Assembly (NCBI GenBank): GCA_001606155.1
Contig: LODT01000028.1
Coordinates: forward strand, 406,735-470,734
DNA length: 64,000 nucleotides
Direction of reading: 5' to 3'
Source: Tieghemostelium lacteum
Taxonomy: Eukaryota
The notes beneath the pieces are model-generated. The model searched no databases and had not been told where the DNA came from. It worked only from the letters and a program-made list of their open reading frames with translations. Position numbers and translations under genes: made by a program. Of this stretch, positions 54,670-64,000 are shown one piece after another. Numbering within the stretch: the stretch's first letter is position 1; each line of letters begins with the position of its first letter.

Positions 54670-57600
54670 TTATTTAGTTTTTCTGAGATTATCTTTGGTT
54701 TTGTAAAATTGAGAAAGTGATTCTAGGGATTTAGTGCACTTTAAGTTATTTTGTAGACATACTCTTGCCCATTTTGATAGTTTTTCACTGTACAATGATT
54801 TTGAGTATCTTTCATCAACTAACAATATAGAACCATAATCATTACGATGTCTGATACATCTACCTATAGCTTGATTGAGTGCACGGAATGCTTGTAAATT
54901 GTACCAATAGTGTCCGTCAATGGCCTTCTGTTCTTGTTGTTTTATAGTGTCATTATAAGCTTTCTTTAATTTAACCTTGATATCACCAAGATTCGGATAT
55001 GGAATACCAACTACTATAACACCTCTGGCATATTCATCAGAGAAATCAATACCTTCTGAGATCTTTCCTCTGCAGACTGCCATCAGAATGGCACCGTCTC
55101 TACCAGGTGGATTATCTCTGATGGTTACATAGTAGTCTGATAGAGTCTCTTTAAAGTTACTAGAACGTTCTCTAAAGATTTTCTTTACATTATTCAAACG
55201 ATCATAGAGTTTAGTGGATTTCCAACGTGCTTCAATTTTATCTAAAAAACCATAGGATGGGAAAAACAAAAGGACACCATGAGGTATAAGTTTACAATGC
55301 TCCAGAATAGCCTCTCCAAGTGCATCTTGAAATTGTAAAGATTCTGAGGGTTTGGAAGTACAATCCATTTTGATTTGATCATTTTGACCTGCGAAACCTA
55401 GGGTGTTGATCCAAACTCTAGATTTAATGTCACTGAGATTTCCCAGTTCAGCAGTGATTGGAAATGGAGCTGAGAGTTCGAATGCAAAACTATTCAATGG
55501 CGTAAGGGTACCACTGGTCAATATAACAGTTCTAACCTGATCGAATATTAATGATGAAAACGCCACCCTAGGTGACATTGCCCAGATACCCAGTGTATGA
55601 GCCCACTTTGTTCCACTCTGTCCTTTACCAGTTGGCACAAAAACAGAGTTCTTTTGAATGACCAATTTGTAATCTTTCAGAAATGTATAATCTCTCTCGA
55701 ATATAAATTTTATAGATTTGACAAAAGAGTCCAAGAGAATAACAGTTTTAGGTGACACAAATTCATAGAGTACATCACCCTTATTTCCAAAAAAGTCATC
55801 ACCTTTCTTAAGATCTAGTTCACTGGATAGCATAGCAATGTTGGTTTCCAGATCGGGAAATGTAAATTTAGAAACACCCATCTCTTCCAAAGCACTTAAT
55901 ATATCATCCTTTTTCTCTAGAACCAATGCATATTTTTCAAAATCCACTTTCTCTACAGACGCTAGTTTCTTCTTGAACCATGTATTTATCTTCTCCAATT
56001 GTCTAAATATATAGGTCATCGATTGTAAACGTGTGGGATGTTTGGTTGTTAAATCGTTGTATAGTGTAGGGTTCTCCAAAGTACTTCTAATCTGTTGATA
56101 GGATTCAAATAGTTCTTCAAGAGACACATTAAAACTTGCAGCATCCATAAATGCATCCTCTACATTATGTGCCTCATCAAAAATCACAATGGAATTTTTC
56201 ACCTTTTTTTTAAATGCTTTTCTAATGGAGGGATCAATGAGATAATTGTATGGACAGAATATCAAATCTGCAAACTCAATCATATCCTTACTGGCAAAGA
56301 ATGGACATTCTCTAGTTTTCTTTCCTTCCAATATAAGATCCTCTATATCCCATACTGCCAATTCACCACCAGCCTTAAACTTTGATGATTTTGCTATAGA
56401 ATATGTATTTTTTACAAATTTACATCCACTGTCTCTTATCAATTTCATACATCTTTCTTTTTTCTTTGCAATATTCTTTAGTTCTGGATTGACACAATAG
56501 TGATCTCTTGACCCCAACACCAACATATTAGGTTGATAAACTGTCTTTTTTAATTCCTTTGTCAACTGTTTAATTTGTGAATGTGTTCTACTACAATAAA
56601 ATATAGTTGGAACTGGTGGTGCCTTAAAACTATCTTCGTTATCTTCTATATTATCAACATTACCATTTCCATTATTATTATTATTATTATTTTCATTATT
56701 TTTGTTTGGATTATATTTATATTGTGAAATAAATTCATCAAAATCATTGTTCATATTATTATTATTTTCATTTTTGATTTTGTTTGGATTATATTTATAT
56801 TGTGAGACGAATTCATCAAATCCATCATCCATTGTTTTTCGTTTTAATCCATTTGCATTGTCATTGCTATTATTATTATTATTTAAATGTCCAAATCTAT
56901 TGAGTGCATCTTTAAATTCTACAAAATCAGTTTGTAATTTATCTGCAAGTTGTTGTGATATTTGACTAGTTTGTAAATCGTCTAGAGGTGTAGTGGCGGA
57001 GGCTTGTGGGTCAATTTTAACTTTTTTTTGTTGGTTTTTCATCTTTTCCATGAGCTCTGTTTCTTGATGCTTTAGCAAGTTCTTTTGCTTGCTCTAATAA
57101 CTTATTTGCCTTTTGTTTTTGAGTGAACTGCCATTCCAATGTACTTGCCAAGAGAGTTAGTGTTTTTCCAGTGCCTGTTGCAGACTCCAATACACAATGT
57201 GTAGAGTTATCCAATGATTCCAATATATGAGAAATCATTGTTGACTGACATTCATATGGTTCATATGGGAATTTAACTTTATAACCTTTGATTAAATAGG
57301 TATTATCACCTAAATTCGTACATATTGGTGTTTGTATTTTTGGTGGTGATTTACTAGTATCATTATTATTATTGTTGTTATTTTTGTTAAGATTTAATTT
57401 AAGTGTAGATGATGATGATGATGTAGTGGTTGTTGTAGTTGTAGTGGTAGGTTTTTGAGGGAGTTTTAATTTCAATGTCAATTTAGGTTGAGAATTTTGA
57501 GATGAACCTTGTGATGAGTTTTGTAAATTTTCAGTTGGAGTTGGGGTTGGAGTTGGGGTTGAGGTTACTGTATCTTGAGATTGTTGTGAACATTTTGAAG

Positions 57601-57712
57601 AGTCTTGTGTATTTGGTAGAGGTGGTGGATTCAAATTTTGTGATGCATTTTGAGTGGTGTTTTTATTTAGTGAGAGTTTAAGTGCTGGTAATTTTAATGG
57701 TCTTTTGTCCAT
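54670..57712 (-). CDS. Fe-S DEAH helicase of the XPD family, most similar to FANCJ/BRIP1 (RTEL1 not excluded), with an apparent frameshift near 57022-57029
   Basis: Motif I is FPYEPYECQSTMISHILESL..CVLESATGTGKTLTLLASTLEW, in ORF 57017..57712. A spacer of about 180 aa follows. ORF 54670..57078 then carries IFYCSRTHSQIKQL, four Fe-S cysteines (YCVN..RCMKLIRDSGCKF..ECPFF), DEAH (VIFDEAHNVED) and WYNLQAFRALNQAIGRCIRHRNDYGSILLVDERY. The two ORFs overlap by 62 nt in different frames around an A8 run. Confidence 0.8.
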
Positions 57713-57970
57713 TTTAATTACTTTACTCCTATTATTGAATTTAACTTAATAAGAGATAAAGAACAAAAGAGTAGAGATGCACCAACTGGATACGAATGAT
57801 CAAAATATGTCAGAATTAATTTTTTTATTTTTTTTTTTTAATTTTCAAAGTATTTTTGGACCATACATTACTCTTTTATTTTCTTCTTTTACGTTATATT
57901 TATTATTAGGGTTTTAAATAAGTAATTTGAAAACTCAAATTTAGATATTTAAAGGAAATTAAACTAGAGA

Positions 57971-59301
57971 ATGTCATCCAATTATAATAACAATTGGTAC
58001 TTTACCAAAAAACAGGTACAGAAACACTTTGGAGATTCTAAACATGAGATACTCTACAGAAGATCTTCTGCAACTTTTATTCAAGAAGTTGGAATAAAAT
58101 TGAAATTGTAAGAACCTTCTGATACTGGAAATTGAGTATTATAAAGGTTTAGTGTACTAATAACTATAATTCAGACCACAACTTACAATAGCTACAGCTA
58201 TAGCATATTTTCATAGATTCTTTATCAGACATCAATTAAAAGATCATGATAGATATGTACGAAATCTTATTCAATTCAGATCTAAATTGTCAATCTATAG
58301 AATGATTTTTTTATTAATCTCAAAACTCTTTATTGTTATTTAGATTGTTTCAACAGCTTGTTTGTTTTTAGCTGGAAAAGTTGAAGAAGCACATAGAACA
58401 CTTGTCGATGTTATAAATATCTCCTATAGAATAAAGAATAAGATTACAACACCAGGTTATGAAATGGATAAAAATGTATTTATATCTCCTAATCTACTAG
58501 ATTTTAAAACCCCCTATAGTGTATACTAACATGAAATTACTAATACCTCAGGAACTTGATGATATAAAAAGAAAAATTCTAGTTAGTGAACATCAAATTC
58601 TAACAACCATTGCATTTGATTTGGCGGTCGAACACCCATACAAATGTCTATTGGAATATATTAAACATATAGGAGGTAGTAAACATCTGTGTCAAGTAGC
58701 ATGGAATTTTGTTAATGATAGGTATGATATTATTATGATAAGTATATTCTTAGGAATGGACATTTATTAATATTGAAAAATGTATAGTTTAAGAACAACA
58801 TTATGTTTACATTACCCACCAGACTTGATATCATATGCATCGGTGTATTTAGCAACTAAATTCTTAAACTTACAATTGAGTTCTGGTGGTGATGTTAAAA
58901 AACAGTGGTGGGAAATTTTAAATATAAAATTAGAGGTATTAGAAGATATCTCTAAACAGATTTTGGATTTATACGAACCAGTTCCTAATGGAAATGCAAG
59001 TGCAACTAGTGGTACCTCTACTTCTAGTGCACCTCTTACACCAAATGGAAAACATAAAGAAAGTCCTTTGAAATCGGAGTCTTCCGCATCTAATGGTGCT
59101 GTAACTCCACAAATGGAAGTAACTATTCAACCACTAAAAACAGAAACTACACCAACTATAACAGATAGAGAAAGTTCACCAAATGCCAAAAGATCACAAC
59201 CTCCCTACAATTTAGAAACTAATCAACCTAAAGACAATTTGTATACTCCCTATAAGAAACCACATAACAGTGAATCTCCAGGATCTTTGAAACAAGAATA
59301 A
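57971..59301 (+). CDS. Transcription-type cyclin (cyclin K/T/L family), five exons
   Basis: Exons 57971..58107, 58175..58256, 58344..58475, 58552..58721 and 58788..59301 (1,035 nt, 345 codons; all junctions GT..AG and phase-checked against the track ORFs). The product contains NWYFTKKQ..., PQLTIATAIAYFHRFFIRHQLKDHDRY|IVSTACLFLAGKVEEAHR and a second cyclin fold, followed by an S/T/P-rich tail. Confidence 0.8.
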
Positions 59302-59574
59302 TAAGATTCATTGCCAATGAAGAATAGTAGTAGTAAATTATTATTTGTTTTTTTTTTTTTTTTTATTTTTATCTTAATTTGTATATTGCCCGAACATTTA
59401 TACACACACTTCACACCTTTTTGATGTACAAATAATAATATTTTTTTTATTATCATAATTTTTAATATAATCTCAGTAATTTCAACTTAAAAAACCTTAA
59501 AGATCAACAAACATATACAAACATATACGCAATCATGAATAATGGTGATAATATTTTAGATACTTTTATTGGAA

Positions 59575-60113
59575 ATGAAGATATATCAGGTACTATAATT
59601 GAAAAATTTCCAGTTGGTATTTTCATCATTTTATATATATATAACCAATAAACAAAAAAAAGAAATGAAATAAAGAAAAATTTAATATTTACTCATTTGA
59701 TTGTTTAATTATAGGATCAAACCTCTAATACAGTAAGAGTTGCTTTGGTAACTAATGTTAATTCATATACCAAGAATCTTACTATACATGTAAATAGAGA
59801 TAAAGTTTATACAATCTATTGTGGTTACAGAAATGGTTATTCACATAGTGGCGGAATAAAATATAATTACACTAGTTTTGAAATTGATGAATCCAGACCA
59901 AATTTACTTTTGAGTTTCTGGAAAGCCAAAGATTTTGGGTTACTTGAAAGAATCACTGATAGAAATTATCCAGTGTCATCTGTGCGTGGTAATACCTTGG
60001 TTGTCTCTTGGCCAAATAAAAATAACCATAAACAGTTTTTATCAAAATCTAATAGATTAACACCAACACAATTGGGATTGTTCAATCCCTATATGTCAAA
60101 TTACATTGGATGA
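59575..60113 (+). CDS. Small hypothetical protein, probably with a 15-nt first exon
   Basis: Track ORF 59745..60113 stays open upstream to an acceptor (TTATAG) at 59714. The only phase-compatible start is ATGAAGATATATCAG|GTACTA at 59575..59589 (MKIYQ). The longer ATG at 59535 is out of phase. Confidence 0.45.
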
Positions 60114-60315
60114 AAGTACAGTGTCTCCACTGGTGAATTACATTTACATTACCTGAATTTCAAAATTCAGATAATTTAATAAATTGTTGAAGATTATTCA
60201 TTAAATTATTATTTAAAAACTATTCATATTAAATTTAATGAATTGTAAGCAAAAGTGTAAATTTACCATTTTGTTTCAAGAAAATCATTGTGAGAAAGAA
60301 AATTCAATTTTTAAA

Positions 60316-60498
60316 GGTGTGGTGGTGATAGTAACATTGTGTTGATATTAAATTATATAGATAGTAATTTTATATATCAACCTCTTAATTAGTAGATAGT
60401 TTTTTTTAAAAAATGGTGTGGGTAGTGTGTGTTAATAAAAGACAATAACCACAAGTGACAAATCCAAAACCACACCCACAACACACCACCACACCTCA
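60316..60498. promoter_or_regulatory. GT-rich / CA-rich G-box-like cluster in the 1.7-kb region upstream of the 61800 gene
   Basis: GGTGTGGTGGTGA lies at 60316-60328, TGGTGTGGGTAGTGTGTGTT at 60413-60432, and AAAACCACACCCACAACACACCACCACACCTC at 60465-60498. More lie at 61193-61213 and 61535-61554. Confidence 0.35.
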
Positions 60499-61799
60499 AC
60501 AAACTCTTTAATAGTGTTATTTAGAGAATAGGAAAAAAGGGGTAGAGACATGTGGAGAATTGATTAGTTTAGATTTTATTATTTTCTATCTATTTATTCA
60601 TTTTCCATTTCACATTCACACTCTATTTATATTTTAAACCAATTTAAAAGTAAACGTCTGTCTATCTTTCCATCTGTGACTTTTCAATTTTTGACCTAAA
60701 AGTAAATATCAATTATAAAAGTTAAAGTTTATTCATATAATCTAGTTGTAGAACCTCTTCATAAACTGAAAAGTTATCACATCAAAAATAGCAAGTATAG
60801 TTATAATGCAATGATTCTTTAATCACCACATTTAAAGAGTTGGTTTATTAAATTAAATTTAATGGGTGCATTAAAACATTTAATATTATCCCTGCCTTTT
60901 TAAAAACTCATAGAGATCATCATTGGTGTGGTTATTAATTAAAAACTATATGATATACATTATATTTTATACACATTGTAATGCATTATAAATTTTGTTG
61001 ATCACTTTTTGATTTTTTATAATCATTTAAAGAATGATTAAAGATAACTGACGAACCACCCTCCACCACTACTATTTTTTTAAATGTATTATATGTGATT
61101 ACTAATGATTAATAATAACTTTTAAAATGCTTGATTGTTTTTAATATTAAAATTGTTTATAATGTTTTTTTAATTTAAATTAAATTTTAAGAGATTGTGG
61201 TGTGTGGTTGTTGATATTTTTGATCATTAGATAGTATTGTGTTAGTTTACTAGGGTATCTGCAGTATAATATTTACCATCGCTCTATAAAATTTTAACCA
61301 ATTTTGGTTGAATTAAATTCAAACAGTACTGAAAATTATTTATATATAGAAAATATATAATGTAAACACTTTGTTTTAAATATTTCAAAGGCGTTTAAAG
61401 AGATATTCAGAATCATTATTCATTTTTAAAAATTAAAAATAATTTCTGTTTAACTTTAAATTTGTTGTGTATTTTTTTTACAGTATAGCTGACAATTGGA
61501 CAATCAAAAACCATTTGTAGAGTGACCCTAGAGAGACACCAACCCACACAACACTAGCTTCATTCAACTTCTTTTTTATATTTTTGTGATTCAATATAAA
61601 TTTATCAAAAATTTCATTTCATTATTAATCAAATTTGTACATTATTTAATTAATCTAAAAATATTAACTTTGTTTACTATTTTTGTATTATAACCATCAA
61701 CAGCAGTAGTAATAATAATCAAGGACCTTTTTTGTAAAATATATAATTTATCCTTAATTTTTATATATCATATATAAATATCCGAATTAGTAATAAAAA

Positions 61800-63260
61800 A
61801 TGATGTTAATGAACCAGTCACTTGCCGAAATTGTCAAACAAGGTGCTGTAGCAGTTGAAGAAGTTAAAGTTGCACAACCTAAACACCAAACACCTGGATC
61901 TACTAATAGCTCGCCAAAGAAGTCTAATCAGACACCAAATATAACTTCAAATGGGTCCAGTGACACCTACCAATACCAGTCTATGAATCCATATTATATT
62001 CAACAGACAATGTATCATGGTCAACAACCAGGATCATTTATGAAACAGATTCATGTCGTCGTCAAAAACACTCCATTTGGAATCACATTGAGAACTAATG
62101 ATATCAATAGACTGAATTTTCATAATTATGTAGTTAAAGCTACTCTTTTATATGATTCTGATCCACCAAAGTACGTAGACTTTATTCACAATGAACCATT
62201 ACAATATGTAGCTACTGTATCTGAAGATGGATCTGAAGTTACCGTTGATGTAAAAGTTGGAATATTGTCAAGTCAACACCAAGGCTCATTATTCATTGTT
62301 GTTTTGTATATAACCTATGTCAATACACCATCACCATCAAACAACGAACCAATTCCAAATATTTTATCACAAATCGGTAACAATTCCATACATAGTCTGT
62401 CACTTCAGAATCTTTGTGCAGTTTCACATCCAATTCGTATAGTTTCTAAAGTTGATCATGTAAAGAAAGAAGGTATTCCCATTTTGAAAAAGAAAACATT
62501 CCATGAGATTCTAACAGACAAATTAAAGAAACTTCAAAAGTCACAAGAACACCAAAGTAAATGGATAAAGAATCTCTATGATCAACATCACATTAGTTTT
62601 GATATGGTACCTTATAGTAGCAACCAGTCACCAACTCAACTGGGTTCCACTTTACTAGTTGCAGCCAATAGCAGTACCACATCCACTCCATTATCAGTTA
62701 AAGGAATTCAAAATAACTCATCAACATCCACACCATCATTTGACAGTATATGTCACCAAACCATGATTAAAACTGAATCTTCTGATGAATCTCAAGATTC
62801 TGATTGTGGACAACAAGATAATCAATCGACACTTGACTATTCACCATCCGTTCACCATCCCAACCCATTTTCCCATTCACCTATATCCACCGAAACCAAT
62901 TTCCAAAATTCCTTTAATCGTGTTGTAGAAGCATACAAATCAGTTCCATCCGATCAGAAACTTCAACAAATTAAACTAATGGTCAGCCTCTTAAAATCAG
63001 AGGATCTAAGTCAACTTGTAGCCACATTTATGGACGAATTAAACAAAACCCCAAACCAAACCGATAACCAACAACAACAAGTACAAAACGAAAATGATTG
63101 TCAATGTCAAGAATGCCCATCTCGATTGGAATTAGAAAAATTCCAAGGTCTTTGTATGAATTTCTTAGTACCACCAACCAACACTATTTCTCTGGGCACT
63201 AATCCATCTTTGTTGATACATGACACCAATGATTATTTGCAACTGCCAATTCAGCTATAA
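61800..63260 (+). CDS. Hypothetical protein with a structured N-terminal half and an S/T/Q-rich C-terminal half (regulator-like)
   Basis: 486-aa single ORF. The beta-rich block HVVVKNTPFGITLRTNDINRLNFHNYVVKATLLYDSDPPKYVDF...VKVGILSSQHQGSLFIVVLYI is followed by low-complexity Q/S/T sequence. I cannot assign a family from reading alone. Confidence 0.6.
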   Translation: MMLMNQSLAEIVKQGAVAVEEVKVAQPKHQTPGSTNSSPKKSNQTPNITSNGSSDTYQYQSMNPYYIQQTMYHGQQPGSFMKQIHVVVKNTPFGITLRTNDINRLNFHNYVVKATLLYDSDPPKYVDFIHNEPLQYVATVSEDGSEVTVDVKVGILSSQHQGSLFIVVLYITYVNTPSPSNNEPIPNILSQIGNNSIHSLSLQNLCAVSHPIRIVSKVDHVKKEGIPILKKKTFHEILTDKLKKLQKSQEHQSKWIKNLYDQHHISFDMVPYSSNQSPTQLGSTLLVAANSSTTSTPLSVKGIQNNSSTSTPSFDSICHQTMIKTESSDESQDSDCGQQDNQSTLDYSPSVHHPNPFSHSPISTETNFQNSFNRVVEAYKSVPSDQKLQQIKLMVSLLKSEDLSQLVATFMDELNKTPNQTDNQQQQVQNENDCQCQECPSRLELEKFQGLCMNFLVPPTNTISLGTNPSLLIHDTNDYLQLPIQL

Positions 63261-63588
63261 AAAACCTAATAATAAATTTACAATAATAAGATTATTTATT
63301 AACCTCCAAAATACTCTAATTTTCCATCACAAATATGTGTTATTTTTAAGAATCTTCAAAGTTCTTTTAAAAACTTTAGTTGTTGTAACAATCTATAACA
63401 TAAAAAGTTTCAAAGAAGATATTTCACAACAAAAAAGTTAAAAAAATATTTTTTTTTTTTGATCACACATCACCCCCTTATCCAAAAATAAAAATTTTTT
63501 TTTATTTGTGAATATTTATCTCTTTTGATATTTTAGTGTATATATTTAGTAAAGGGGTATATATTTCAATATATATAAAAAATAAATC

Positions 63589-64000
63589 ATGACAACTCTT
63601 AGTGATTTAATTAATGAATTAATTAAACAAAATATCTCATTGGATGAGAAAGAAGGTTCAGATAACCATCACAGCAATAATAACAACAATGGGAATACCA
63701 ACTCTACAATTGATAATGAAAAAACTTTTAATCAATTGTCAACCTATTTACCAATCATTCCAATAAAGAACCTTGAATCATTTATTGACGACACCAAAAA
63801 TAAATTTCATGAGATTGAAAATTATTTAAATAGATCAAACATTAATAACAATAATAATAATAACAATAGTACAATTAGTAAAGATGTAAATAAACTCATT
63901 AAACAATTCTATAGAATCAACAATTCATTTTATGATACAATAAATGAATCGTCTTTAAAATATAACTCAATCATTAGAAAACAGACAACTAGTAGTAATA
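63589..64000 (+). CDS. 5' part of an unidentified gene that continues past the right edge
   Basis: The ATG at 63589 opens a frame with no stop to position 64000 (MTTLSDLINELIKQNISLDEKEGSDNHHSNNNNNGNT...). It is absent from the ORF track because no stop falls inside the window. Confidence 0.5.
   Translation, partial: MTTLSDLINELIKQNISLDEKEGSDNHHSNNNNNGNTNSTIDNEKTFNQLSTYLPIIPIKNLESFIDDTKNKFHEIENYLNRSNINNNNNNNNSTISKDVNKLIKQFYRINNSFYDTINESSLKYNSIIRKQTTSSN

Noticed and set aside
59535-59589. Longer first exon starting at ATG 59535 (MNNGDNILDTFIGNEDIS)
   Set aside because: With the only good donor (CAG|GTACTA at 59589/59590) it ends in phase 1, while the downstream exon (59715) needs phase 0. The in-phase ATG is at 59575.
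60474-60481. ACCCACAA, matching the Dictyostelium upstream sequence element (DUSE, [AT]CCCA[CT]AA) of ncRNA genes
   Set aside because: It sits inside a longer CA-rich tract, so the match is expected by composition. Nothing about 60 nt downstream resembles a class-I RNA (no CCTTACAGCAA motif), an snRNA or a terminator.
1-64000. Search for tRNA, rRNA and intact transposons
   Set aside because: I noticed no GGTTCGA(A/T)TCC-type T-arm boxes, rDNA-like conserved blocks, LTR pairs or RT/transposase ORFs when reading either strand. The absence is by eye only and should be confirmed with tRNAscan-SE, Infernal and RepeatMasker.

Overview
This window is AT-rich (roughly 70% A+T) eukaryotic nuclear DNA. 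It looks like a dictyostelid social amoeba (Dictyostelium/Heterostelium/Cavenderia type). The evidence is compact genes on both strands, short (60-100 nt) AT-rich GT..AG introns often placed after a tiny first exon, and poly-Asn/Ser/Thr coding microsatellites. Lineage markers are also present: a fibro-slime plus Cys-rich-repeat surface protein, an HssA-like peptide gene and a eukaryotic ThyX. I can support about 35 protein-coding genes or pseudogenes. I found no rRNA, tRNA, CRISPR array or intact mobile element. Housekeeping genes include IMP4, an RNF121-like RING ligase, ATP11, SAP-PNKP, a PRC1/Ase1/MAP65 homologue, DBR1, ThyX, a class-II amidotransferase, a FANCJ-like helicase and two cyclins. 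The most unusual part is 28-48 kb. (1) A ~2,596-aa protein has a vault-PARP (PARP4)-like BRCT-WGR-PARP-VIT-vWA front half. This runs in one uninterrupted ORF into a syntaxin-like SNARE heptad, FG/Q-rich spacer, a CRIB-like motif, poly-Pro, WH2, a connector and an acidic-Trp tail (a WASP-type VCA), and three copies of a ribosomal P-stalk-tail-like DMGFSLFD motif. (2) A recently duplicated and partly decayed F-box/LRR-like array encloses a frameshifted SAM / P-loop / PD-(D/E)xK gene. (3) A 1,208-aa protein pairs a macro-like domain with a SIR2_2 (ThsA/FAM118-type) NADase-like domain. Together these look like a cluster of NAD+/ADP-ribose enzymes and LRR proteins with an innate-immunity flavour, but that link is inference. 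Other points are a shared 10-mer (AAGGCGCACT) upstream of the two cell-cycle genes PRC1 and ThyX, GT/CA-rich G-box-like clusters in the long intergenic regions, and apparent homopolymer frameshifts in two genes. All intron and exon calls come from reading the sequence by eye and checking reading-frame phase, so treat boundaries as +/- a few nt.
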